A stretch of DNA of 38,115 nt from Bacteroidota bacterium (GCA_024280815.1 JAJRPL010000222.1:1-38115), one strand, 5' to 3'. Shown: positions 18,527 through 28,804, counted from the first letter of the stretch. Numbers and translations: made by a program. The notes: generated from the letters alone by a model not told the origin.

Positions 18527-21500
18527 ATGAAGTACAACATTAAAATACTTATCATAAATCTGTCATTTCTAGTTATAGTAATGGGTTTACAGCATGGTTG
18601 TACTACTTCAGAAAAAAAAGAATCATTATTCAACTTATTACCCTCTACAACAACTGGTGTCACATTTATGAATAAAATTAATGAGACAGTAGAGATGAAT
18701 TATTTTACCTATCCTTATTTATATATGGGAGGAGGTACTGCCATTGGAGATTTTAATAATGACGGATTGGAAGACATTTTCTTTACAGGAAATCAAGTTT
18801 CTAATAAACTATACATTAATAAAGGGAATCTACAATTTGAAGATATTACAGAGAAATCTGGAACAGCAGGCGATAATAGATGGTACACAGGTGTCTCTTT
18901 AGTTGATATAAATGCTGATGGATATTTAGATATCTATCTGTCTGTTGCGGGTCTTACTAAACCATATAAGAATCAATTATACATTAATAATGGTGATTTG
19001 ACCTTTACAGAGTCTGCCAAAGAATATGGTATAGCAGATGCAGGAAACAGCTACCAAGGCACTTTTTTTGATTATGATGCAGATGGAGATCTTGATTTAT
19101 TAGTAATAAATTATCCTCCTACAGAGTTTAGTGCTTCACCTGAATACTATAAATATAAAATGGATAATTTGGAGCCAAAAGACTCAGATCATCTCTACGA
19201 AAATGTTAATGGTAAATTTATTGATAAGACAAAAGAGTCAGGCTTAGAAAATTTCGGACTTACCATTAGTGCAAGTATTTGCGATTTTAATAATGATGGC
19301 TTACCAGACATTTATCTAAATAATGATTTTGGTTCTCCTGACTATTTGTATTTAAACAAAGGAGATAAGACTTTTAGAGAGGTTGCAAGACAAGCAACTA
19401 ATCATACAGCAATGTATAGTATGGGTTCTGATTTTGCTGATTTCAATAGTGATGGTTTGATGGATTTTATTCAATTAGATATGAACCCTAATGATAACTA
19501 TCGTAATAAAGCAAATATGGCAAGTATGAATATTCCGTTATTCTGGGCCCAAGTAGATAATGATTTGCATTATCAATATATGCACAATGTTTTTCAATTA
19601 AATTCTGGTATTGTAGATAGTATTCCAAGATTTAGCGATATCTCTCAAATGACAGAAATTTCATCAACAGATTGGAGTTGGTCAGTACTAGCCCTTGATG
19701 TTGATAATGATGCAAAAGAAGATATTTTCATTACCAACGGTATAAGAAGAGATATTAATAATCGTGATTTTTTTATAAAAGCAAAAAAATGTTAGCATTT
19801 GCATCTCCAGAAAAGGTATTAGAAGAATCAATGAATATACCCTCGCAAGCTATTCCAAACTATCTCTATAAAAATCAAGGCGATTTATACTTTAAAGATA
19901 TTTCTATACAAGCAGGGATAGATCAACCCAGTTTTTCTAACGGAATGGCATACGGAGATTTAGACAATGACGGCGATTTAGACCTCGTTATCAATAATAT
20001 TGATCAAGAAGCTTTTATTTATGAAAATCAAAGCCTAAAAGATGACAATCATGGTTATCTATCCATAGAACTTAAAGGTGAAAAAAATAATTCAAGTGGA
20101 GTTGGAAGTCGAATTGAGATAAAAACCAAAAGCGGCAAGCAATACAAAGACCAAATGCCAGTCAGAGGGTTTCAATCTACATCAAGTGCTATTATTCATT
20201 TCGGATTGGGTCAATCCGAAAAAGTGGATACCATTATGGTGAGATGGCCTGATGGTAGTATTTCGCATACATTTAATGTTGGTGCTAATAAAAGAATTAT
20301 AATAGATAAAAAAGATGCGGTTATAGCAAGTACAGTAAAAGATGATGATACACAAAAGTTATTTGAATATATCAAAGAAACGAACACTATTTTAGACTTT
20401 ACCCATAAAGAAAACGCTTTTGATGATTTTGAAAAACAAGTTTTATTACCTCATAAAATGTCTCAGTTTGGACCAGCTATGGCAATAGCTGATTTTAATA
20501 AAGATGGAAGAGATGATATTTTCTTTGGAGGAAGCTCAGGAAATGTAGCAATGCTTTATTTTCAGGATAAAAGCGGAAAATTTATTCCTCAAAAAAATGA
20601 ATTGTTTGAAAAACACAAATTATATGAAGGTGTAGATGCAGTAGCATTTGATTTTGATGGAGATAATGACCTTGATTTGTATGTAGTTTCTGGTGGAAAT
20701 GAATTTGAACCGGGTAATTTAAATTACAAAGATCGCTTATATATTAATAATGGAAAGGGATCTTTTATAGATGGGTCGAATTTATTGCCAAAAAATATTG
20801 CAAGTGGTAGTACAGTAAAAGCAGTAGATTTTGATATGGATGGAGATCTTGATTTATTTGTAGGTACCAGACATTTGCCTCATAACTATCCCTTATCACA
20901 AGGTAGTTTTATCTATGAAAATGTAGATGGACGTTTTGAAGATGTAACAGCAGATATGGCTCCAGAACTTGCGAAAGCAGGAATGGTAACCGATGCTGTA
21001 TGGGTTGATATAAATAACGATAAGAAATTAGATTTGGTAATGGTAGGTGAGTGGATGGAGCCGTGGGTTATGCTGCAAGATAGCAATGGGAAGTTTACTA
21101 GAAAATTAAATGAAGAGTTGGGTCTGAGCAATATGTCAGGTTGGTGGTTCTCAATTGAGAAAGGCGATATAGATGGAGATGGCGATATGGATCTGATTTT
21201 AGGAAATCTCGGAAATAATTATAAATATCAAGCAACCGAAGAATATCCTTTTAAGGTTTTTGCAAAAGATTTTAATAGTTCTGGCAGTATGGATATAGTA
21301 TTGAGTTATCCGCAAGATGGAAATTACTATCCAGTTAGAGGTAAACAATGCTCATCAGAGCAATTGCCTGAATTGAAAAAGAAATATAAAGATTACAACA
21401 GTTTTGCAAAAGCAGATGTTAAAACAATCTATTCAGATTTGGGTCTTATCAATGCACTTGAATTAAGTATATCAACTTTTTCATCTTATATTTTACAAAA

Positions 21501-21864
21501 TGATAATGGTCATTTTAAGAAGTTAAAATTACCAAATTACGCCCAAATTTCATCTATTAATGATATTTTAATAGATGATTTTGATGGCGATGGAGCTAAA
21601 GAAATACTATTGGCTGGAAACCTATATGCATCAGAAGTTGAAACAACAAGAAATGATGCAAGTTATGGATGCGTAATAAGTTTTGATAAAAATATCGAAA
21701 ATATATCGGCTTTAAAGTTATCAGAAAGTGGACTTTTTATTAAAGGAGATTGTAAGATGATTGGTAAAATTAAAATAGATAAGGTTAATTATTTGGTATC
21801 TGCATTGAATAATGACCATGTTTCTTTGCATCGTTATTATACTAAATCTGAAATAAATGAATAA
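18527..21864 (+). pseudogene. VCBS/FG-GAP repeat, ASPIC/UnbV-domain lipoprotein, frameshifted at ~19768-19789
   Basis: Lipoprotein signal (QHGC), many DxxxDGxxD repeats, DWSWS, FSNGMAYGDLDNDGDLD, RGFQS...HFGLG...VRWPDG. ORFs 18527-19795 and 19789-21864 fuse if one base is added in the T7 (19768-19774) or A7 (19783-19789) run. Confidence 0.85.
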
Positions 21865-21881
21865 TATTTGAGTTAATTTTT

Positions 21882-21916
21882 AAAATGGGTTTGTTGATTA
21901 TTTTCAAACCCATTTT
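21882..21916 (+). terminator. Stem-loop after the VCBS gene
   Basis: AAAATGGGTTTG...CAAACCCATTTT 12-bp stem. Confidence 0.7.
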
Positions 21917-21956
21917 ATATACAATTAAACATTAATAAATTTAATACCAGAAACTT

Positions 21957-23576
21957 ATGAAAAAAATTTACACACTTATTTTAGTATTAATGACCGTGTA
22001 TTCCTATGCACAAACTCCTGCAGGAAATTGGAATCTTGTTTGGGAAGATAATTTTGATGGTAACTACCTTGATTCTGAAAAATGGAAAATGGGTTTGAAT
22101 TGGCTTGGAATTGGAAGTAACCATGTGTTTGCCAATTCTGGTAAAAATGTCATTGTTAAAGATGGTTTTTTAACTCTGAGAGGAGAAAAAAGGGGTGAAA
22201 TTTTCGCAGGTATTTCAAAGCCTTATGCTTCTGCAGAAATCTCTACATTTAAACAATTTAAACAAAAGTATGGTTACTTTGAAGCTCGTATAAAATACGA
22301 TGCCGTAAAAGGTGTATGGCCTGCTTTTTGGATGATGCCCGATCGAGGAGTGCCACAGCCTGGGCCTTGGTATGCCGATGCTAGAAGCTATATCAAGTTT
22401 GATATCAACAGTCAAAATACCGCTGTTACTTCTGCAAAATTTAAAGTTAAAGTAATGCCGCAAACTGAAGTAGATGCAGATCATAGTGTTGCTATCCATA
22501 AGATTATCAATAATGATACATGGACAGAAGAAAATATTACTTGGAATAACAAACCTATGAGTGACGCTGCTTTTCTAAAGCAATTTATGGGTGCTGTAGG
22601 TGGAAATCGTATCAATCAAATTGTTGTTGGTGAATATCTTGAAGTAGATGTTACAGACTATATCAATGCACAAATTTCTGCCAGTAAACAATTTGCAGGC
22701 TTTGCTCTAATGACACAGTTTATGAAAAATAAAAGGGTAGAGTTTGGTAGTAAGGAAAATGGCGGAGTTACCAATAGACCAGTTTTAGTGATAGATGGTA
22801 CAAGTATTTATCCTTCTGATGATGCTATGGTTAGAATTACAGATCCAAATAAAGGTTTTGGAAATGAGAATAGGTTGCATGTTTGTGATAGGTGGGCTAA
22901 AACTTCTAATACTGATGATGGAGGTATGGAAATGGATATCATGGAATCTTTAGGGGTTTGGGGTGAAAATGCTTTACAGCACGCATTACATTGGGATAAT
23001 TATGGAGCAGATCATAAATTTACAAGTTCTGGAAAACTTTTTAGTACACAGACCAGTGATGGTTTTCATACATATGGTATGGAATGGTCTGAAGGGAAAA
23101 TGAAGTTTTATGTTGATGGTGAAGAAACATGGTCGCACAGCGATGCAAGAGTTAGCTCGGTCGAATCATATCTAATTTTATCACATCAACTTGGTGGCTG
23201 GGGTGGAAGTGGAAACACTCCCGTTCTAGATGGAGCTTTACCGGTAGATATGGTTATTGATTATGTAAAAGTTTATGAAAGCTCTGCAACGGCAGGTATT
23301 GATTCATTTGATGCACTTGGAAGATCCCTTTCAATTGCTCCAAACCCTATAAAAGATGGGAATTTAGCATTTAAACTAAAAGATTATACTGAATCAGGGA
23401 ATATAGCGGTTAAAATAACTGATATTTTAGGTAGAGTTTTATATAACTCTTCTAATATACAAAATGCTAATGGAGAAATGAATATTCCGTTAGAAAAAAT
23501 AAATTTAAAAAGAGGAATGTATATCCTTAAAGTTAAAGGTGATAATTTAGTGCTAGCAAAGAAATTTATATATTGA
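21957..23576 (+). CDS. Secreted GH16 with an internally inserted DNRLRE/CBM96-like module and T9SS CTD
   Basis: WNLVWEDNF, YGYFEARI, WPAFW, then an ~190-aa insert, then EMDIME, FHTYGMEW, FYVDG, MVIDYVKVY. C-terminal IAPNP...ITDILGR...GMYILKV. Confidence 0.88.
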   Translation: MKKIYTLILVLMTVYSYAQTPAGNWNLVWEDNFDGNYLDSEKWKMGLNWLGIGSNHVFANSGKNVIVKDGFLTLRGEKRGEIFAGISKPYASAEISTFKQFKQKYGYFEARIKYDAVKGVWPAFWMMPDRGVPQPGPWYADARSYIKFDINSQNTAVTSAKFKVKVMPQTEVDADHSVAIHKIINNDTWTEENITWNNKPMSDAAFLKQFMGAVGGNRINQIVVGEYLEVDVTDYINAQISASKQFAGFALMTQFMKNKRVEFGSKENGGVTNRPVLVIDGTSIYPSDDAMVRITDPNKGFGNENRLHVCDRWAKTSNTDDGGMEMDIMESLGVWGENALQHALHWDNYGADHKFTSSGKLFSTQTSDGFHTYGMEWSEGKMKFYVDGEETWSHSDARVSSVESYLILSHQLGGWGGSGNTPVLDGALPVDMVIDYVKVYESSATAGIDSFDALGRSLSIAPNPIKDGNLAFKLKDYTESGNIAVKITDILGRVLYNSSNIQNANGEMNIPLEKINLKRGMYILKVKGDNLVLAKKFIY

Positions 23577-23604
23577 TTTGAATAAAAATTGAATTTGAGT
23601 TAGT

Positions 23605-23640
23605 ATAAATGGGTTTGCTTTTTTTTGCAAGCCCATTTAT
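23605..23640 (+). terminator. Stem-loop after the GH16 gene
   Basis: ATAAATGGGTTTGC-T8-GCAAGCCCATTTAT, 14-bp stem with one G.U pair. Confidence 0.7.
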
Positions 23641-23647
23641 TATATAA

Positions 23648-23821
23648 ACCTGCGTTCGACCTAAGGTTTAATTCACAGAATGCAAAAGAAAAGGTAAGAT
23701 TTGAAGTAATATCGAGATATTTTAAGAATTTTAGATGAAAATATTGCCTTTTCTTTGCATTTCCTTCAAATTGAATAAAAATTCATCTAAACTGTAAACA
23801 AATATTAGGTCGAACTTAGGT
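23648..23821. mobile_element. 174-bp MITE (non-autonomous IS derivative)
   Basis: 17-bp terminal inverted repeats ACCTGCGTTCGACCTAA / TTAGGTCGAACTTAGGT (2 mismatches), flanked by direct repeat TATAA (23643-23647 and 23822-23826). Too short to encode a transposase. Confidence 0.75.
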
Positions 23822-23858
23822 TATAAGAAATTATCAATAAAACAACCTTATAGAATAT

Positions 23859-23892
23859 AACTTGTATATACAGGTTGTTTTCTGTACATTTG
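23859..23892 (+). promoter_or_regulatory. Promoter of the distal operon with overlapping operator (copy 3)
   Basis: AACTTGTATATACAGGTT (23859-23876). The -33 TTG is at 23862-23864, -7 TACATTTG at 23885-23892, 20-bp spacer. Confidence 0.82.
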
Positions 23893-23932
23893 GCTTACTA
23901 AAGATAACAGTCAAATTTGATGTTGAATTTAA

Positions 23933-26155
23933 ATGAAAACTAAAAATCATACTACTAGACATAATGTTATCGGGCACTGGGATTCTGATAAAGTTGGCTT
24001 ACCTATCTTTAATTATACAGGACAAATTCCATATCAAGTAACTACAAAAGATGGAGAAAAAATTACCTACCCCGAAGATCCTTGGTTTATATTAGGAAAC
24101 TATGGTATCACAAGTTTTGTACATACTTCTGGAATCTTTGATTTATACACTTTGAGAAGAGCTTGGGGTAGAATAAACGTTGCTACAAATAAAACTCCTG
24201 CTACACAAGCAAGTATTATAATAGATACAAAAGAGTACAAGCTCTCAGGATTAAATTCGCCAATAGCCTGTAATGCAAAAAAAGAATTCGGAACTGGTTT
24301 TGCAAATTTTATGCTACAAATCATTAAAGAGATCTCTTGCGAACGTACCATTGCTACGGTTCCATCTCAGAGAATTAATACTGGAGAACCAGCATTACTA
24401 ATTACCATTAAGTTGACAAATACAGGGAATAAAACTAAAAATATTCAGTATTCGGAATCTATTTTGGCTAACTATCAAATGGTCAATGAAAAGAGAATTT
24501 CTTATAAAGCTCTTTCAAAAGTAAATACTAACTATGTTATTGCATCGTTTGAGACTCAAACAGATAAAACCATTACAAAACCGTCTAAAGAAGAAGCTTC
24601 CTCTTACGATTTTTATCCTCCAAAACTGTTTATTAAGGGAGATAATGATGCCGTTTATAATGCTATAGATAATCAAGACAATACAAGTACAGTTTCGGCT
24701 CAAAATATTTTTAATTTAAAATCAGGAGAAACGAAGACACTACAGTTTGTTATAGGTTTTACATACGATAATGTAAGTCTTGATAAAATCTCAAAATCTA
24801 TTTTTAGCAAAGGGAAAAAAGATACTAAATTTAGAATAGCATGGAAGAATATATTACCTGACTTTTCGTATCAAAAAAATAAAATTATTAAAAGAGAGCA
24901 ATATTGGAATGCTTATGTATTGGAAGCTTCGGCGAATTACAATGACTATTTTGAGGAGACTTTTATTCCTCAAGGGATGACTTATGATTATAAGTGGGGT
25001 TTGAATGCTGTTGCCCGTGATCATTTACATTACTCATTACCTGCCAATTATTTTAATCCTGACTTATCAAAATCGATTATTCGGTTTGTATTAAAACAAA
25101 TGAATCCAAATGGTTATTTTCATTATAATGTAAATGGTTATGGTTATGCGGTTCCTAATTTATGGAATCCGAGTGATCTGCAATTACATGTATTTTGGGC
25201 TGTAGCCGAATATTTAGAAAAAACACAAGATTATGGCTTTTTAAAAGAAGAAACCGTTTTTTATCCAAAACGAATAAAATATAGCGGTTCCGTTTTAGAA
25301 AAATTAAAAGTTGCTTTTGATTATTTAAACGATGAAATTGGAGTTGGACCACATGGATTAGTAAAAATGCTAAATGCTGATTGGAACGATCAAATATGGA
25401 ATGAACAACCCATCACCATCTATTACCCAACAGCAGAATCACATTACAATGCTTCTATGGCAATAGTGGTATTGAAACAGTTGATTGTTGAGTTAAAGAA
25501 GGCGAGTAATAATCCTGAATTTACAAACGAAAAAGAAGCAATTGATTCTTTGGTTGAAAGAATAAGTATATATAGAGAACAACAATTAAACGCATTTATA
25601 AAAGATTTGGGGAATAGAAATTTTGCCAAAAGAGCTTATTATAATGAGACACTTTCTATGGGTGATGAACATATGCATATCGAGTCGCAATTGTATACGT
25701 TGATGATTGATGAAATTCCATTAGAACAAAGACTAAAAATTGTAGAAGAAGTTACCAAAAGATTGAGCAAAAATGAAGTGCTAGGTGTACGTACTACAGA
25801 AACAAAAGTAAGTGACACTTTTGAAGCAGGAACGCATGAAAACGGAGGAATTTGGCAGTATGTACAAGGTATGTATGCCTTAGGGTTATTACATGTAGAT
25901 GTAGCCAAAGCTGATGCAATCATTGAAAAAATGAGTTTTGCTAATTTTGCAAAAAACTATCCAGAATATTGGCCTGGACAATGGACAGGAGGTGATTGTG
26001 TAAATTCGAATTTGGCAAAACATCCTGGTTTAGTAAGTAATAATGGGAGTATGTATATGAAGTTTCCAACCTATTGTGCACATATCCATTCATGGCCATT
26101 AGTATATCAATTTAAGAAAAAGGAACTGCTAGAGGATAAAAAAGCAGCGATTTAA
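23933..26155 (+). CDS. Cytoplasmic GH94-like (alpha/alpha)6 glycoside phosphorylase/hydrolase, divergent
   Basis: ARD, SDLQLHVFWAVAEYL, GPHGLVKMLNADWND (catalytic Asp motif as in cellobiose/chitobiose phosphorylases), GTHENGGIW. No signal peptide. Confidence 0.7.
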   Translation: MKTKNHTTRHNVIGHWDSDKVGLPIFNYTGQIPYQVTTKDGEKITYPEDPWFILGNYGITSFVHTSGIFDLYTLRRAWGRINVATNKTPATQASIIIDTKEYKLSGLNSPIACNAKKEFGTGFANFMLQIIKEISCERTIATVPSQRINTGEPALLITIKLTNTGNKTKNIQYSESILANYQMVNEKRISYKALSKVNTNYVIASFETQTDKTITKPSKEEASSYDFYPPKLFIKGDNDAVYNAIDNQDNTSTVSAQNIFNLKSGETKTLQFVIGFTYDNVSLDKISKSIFSKGKKDTKFRIAWKNILPDFSYQKNKIIKREQYWNAYVLEASANYNDYFEETFIPQGMTYDYKWGLNAVARDHLHYSLPANYFNPDLSKSIIRFVLKQMNPNGYFHYNVNGYGYAVPNLWNPSDLQLHVFWAVAEYLEKTQDYGFLKEETVFYPKRIKYSGSVLEKLKVAFDYLNDEIGVGPHGLVKMLNADWNDQIWNEQPITIYYPTAESHYNASMAIVVLKQLIVELKKASNNPEFTNEKEAIDSLVERISIYREQQLNAFIKDLGNRNFAKRAYYNETLSMGDEHMHIESQLYTLMIDEIPLEQRLKIVEEVTKRLSKNEVLGVRTTETKVSDTFEAGTHENGGIWQYVQGMYALGLLHVDVAKADAIIEKMSFANFAKNYPEYWPGQWTGGDCVNSNLAKHPGLVSNNGSMYMKFPTYCAHIHSWPLVYQFKKKELLEDKKAAI

Positions 26156-26175
26156 CCCAACTAAGATTAATCAAA

Positions 26176-27735
26176 ATGACCAAAGAAAAACGTTTCACTA
26201 TTAAGGTAGCTATAATTGTAGCTATGGGAGGTTTTTTGATGGGTTTTGATGCTTCTGTAATATCTGGGGTTGTCAAGTTTATTGAGCCTGAATTTCAATT
26301 GACTAAGCTAGAGTTAGGATGGGCAGTGAGTTCTTTGAGTCTTACAGCTACCTTGGCTATGATGACGGCAGGCCCTTTGAGTGATAAATATGGTAGAAAA
26401 CGTTTGCTTAAATATACTGCCATTATTTTTGCTATATCTGCTATTGGCTCAGCTTTAGCTCCAAATTTTATAATTTTTATAATTGCACGAATGCTTGGTG
26501 GGTTTGGTGTTGGAGCATCTTTAATATTAGCACCTCTTTATATTGCAGAAATTTCTCCTGCAAAAATGAGAGGTCAGATGGTATCTTTTAATCAGTTGAA
26601 CATTGTGCTCGGCATTTCTGTAGCATTTTTTACAAACTACCTTATTCTACAACTAGGACAGTCAGATGCTAATTGGGTCCAATCATTAAAATTAGGACAA
26701 TGGAACTGGCGTTGGATGTTAGGGCTAGAAATACTACCTGCAATTTTTTATTATGTGGCCTTATTTATTGTTCCTGAAAGTCCAAGATGGCTGGCAATGA
26801 ATGGCAAAGAGGAAAAAGCATTAGAAATTATGAAAAAGGTAACAACTGAGGAAGATGCAAAACAACAACTAAAAGCAGTTCATGAGAGTGTAACAGGTGA
26901 TATAAAGAAAGAGAAAGTATCTATAAAAGAATTATTTAAGCCAGCTATGAAATTAGTATTAACTATCGGAATCGGACTGGCTATCCTACAGCAAATTACA
27001 GGGATGAATGCTGTTTTATTCTATGCACCCATGATTTTTGAACAATCAGGTATTGGAACAGATGCCTCATTCATTCAGGCAATTCTTGTAGGGCTTACAA
27101 ATTTAATTTTTACAATTATTGCCATTCTATTAATTGATAAATTAGGAAGAAAACCTTTACTCATTTTCGGAATGGCTTTTATGGCTATTTCTTTGTTTGT
27201 TTTAGCCTATGGATTTAATTCGGCCACTTATTCGTTGTCTAAAGACGATGTAAAAGGACTTCCAACTGAAATTAATCAATCACAATTAGACCCCCTTATT
27301 GGTCAAACCTTTGATGATGAATTAACCTACAAAGTTGCTTTAATAAAAGTGTTGGGAGAAAACACTTTTAATGAGCATGAATCTGGCTTGATAACAGTAG
27401 CAGTCTCTATAAATTCAATACTTATACTATTGGGCATATTGGGTTTTGTAGCTGCCTTTGCAGTATCTATCGGACCCATTATGTGGGTCATGTTTTCTGA
27501 ATTATTCCCCAATAGAATTAGAGGTATTGCCATTTCATTTGTAGGATTAATCAGTTCAGCCATTAGCTTTGCAATACAATTTATTTTCCCTTGGGAATTA
27601 GCCAATTTAGGAAATACGATGACCTTTTTAATTTTTGGAATTTTTGCTGCTTTAGGTTTCCTATTTATAGTATGGAAAGTTCCAGAAACCAAAGGGAAGT
27701 CTTTAGAAGAATTAGAAGCGTTGCTGGTGAGGTAA
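26176..27735 (+). CDS. MFS sugar porter (XylE-like H+/sugar symporter)
   Basis: GGFLMGFD, DKYGRK, YIAEISP..RG, PESPRWL, QQITGMN, DKLGRK, SELFP, PETKGKSLEE. Confidence 0.95.
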   Translation: MTKEKRFTIKVAIIVAMGGFLMGFDASVISGVVKFIEPEFQLTKLELGWAVSSLSLTATLAMMTAGPLSDKYGRKRLLKYTAIIFAISAIGSALAPNFIIFIIARMLGGFGVGASLILAPLYIAEISPAKMRGQMVSFNQLNIVLGISVAFFTNYLILQLGQSDANWVQSLKLGQWNWRWMLGLEILPAIFYYVALFIVPESPRWLAMNGKEEKALEIMKKVTTEEDAKQQLKAVHESVTGDIKKEKVSIKELFKPAMKLVLTIGIGLAILQQITGMNAVLFYAPMIFEQSGIGTDASFIQAILVGLTNLIFTIIAILLIDKLGRKPLLIFGMAFMAISLFVLAYGFNSATYSLSKDDVKGLPTEINQSQLDPLIGQTFDDELTYKVALIKVLGENTFNEHESGLITVAVSINSILILLGILGFVAAFAVSIGPIMWVMFSELFPNRIRGIAISFVGLISSAISFAIQFIFPWELANLGNTMTFLIFGIFAALGFLFIVWKVPETKGKSLEELEALLVR

Positions 27736-27746
27736 AACTATTTAAA

Positions 27747-28802
27747 ATGAAAAAAACAGTATCCATTTTAGCTTTTTTTATAATAACTTGTAGTTTGTTA
27801 AATGCTCAAGAAAAGAGCCTAGTCAACGAATCAAAAGAAGCATTTGATTCTCGAATGAAATGGTTTCAGAATGCCAACTATGGAATGTTTATTCATTTCG
27901 GACTCTATAGTCAACTCGGTGGAGTTTGGAAAGGAGAGATAATTAAAAATGATTATGCAGAATGGATACAGGCAAATGCAGATATTTCTACTACAGAATA
28001 TGCTTTTTTAACAGACTCTTTTAATCCTGAAAATTTTGATGCTGATTATATTGTTAAAATAGCTAAAAAAGCAGGAATGAAATACCTTGTAATCACAACA
28101 AAACACCATGAAGGCTTCTGTTTATGGGATAGTAAGTATACTACATTTGACATAGCAAACACACCTTTCAAAAGAGATATTTTGGCAGAATTAAGTGCTG
28201 CCTGTCGTAAGTATAATATTAAATTTGGAACTTACTATAGTATTATTGATTGGCATCATTCATCTCAAGAACGAAACACTGAAGGTAAAGATGGTTGGAG
28301 TCGTTGGGGTAATATTCGTATGAAACCTGAAAGAAAAGAAGAATATATAACTTATATGAAAAACCAGATAAAAGAGCTAATCGTTAATTATGACACAGAT
28401 TTATTATGGTTTGATGGCGACTGGGTTGCATGGTGGGATACTAAAACAGGAATCGAATTGTATAACTATATCCGTGAATTAAAACCATCTATTATTATAA
28501 ACAATAGAGTTGCTAAAAGAGAAATATTTAAAAAAGATTTTGGTACACCAGAACAAGAACATCCAGATGTTATACCAAACTATTATTGGGAAGCCTGTTA
28601 TACATTAAACAATACTTGGGGATTTAAAAATAATGATACTGATTGGAAAAAAGCGACCGATGTTTATGATAAACTGATGGATATTAATAAAAAAGGAGGA
28701 AACCTTTTATTAAATATTGGACCTGATGGCAATGGAAATATACCCAAAGAAAGTGTTGAAATACTTCTTAAAGTAGGAGAATTGTTAAAAAATAAAGATT
28801 AA
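27747..28802 (+). CDS. GH29 alpha-L-fucosidase family protein (catalytic barrel only)
   Basis: YGMFIHFGLYS, TTKHHEGFCLW, LLWFDG nucleophile, IINNR, TPEQ, GGNLLLNIGP. Start moved to ATG 27747 (signal peptide MKKTVSILAFF). Confidence 0.92.
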   Translation: MKKTVSILAFFIITCSLLNAQEKSLVNESKEAFDSRMKWFQNANYGMFIHFGLYSQLGGVWKGEIIKNDYAEWIQANADISTTEYAFLTDSFNPENFDADYIVKIAKKAGMKYLVITTKHHEGFCLWDSKYTTFDIANTPFKRDILAELSAACRKYNIKFGTYYSIIDWHHSSQERNTEGKDGWSRWGNIRMKPERKEEYITYMKNQIKELIVNYDTDLLWFDGDWVAWWDTKTGIELYNYIRELKPSIIINNRVAKREIFKKDFGTPEQEHPDVIPNYYWEACYTLNNTWGFKNNDTDWKKATDVYDKLMDINKKGGNLLLNIGPDGNGNIPKESVEILLKVGELLKNKD

Positions 28803-28804
28803 TC

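Noticed and set aside
27591-27746. N-terminal extension of the GH29 ORF
   Set aside because: Overlaps the sugar porter gene. ATG 27747 gives a clean signal peptide.
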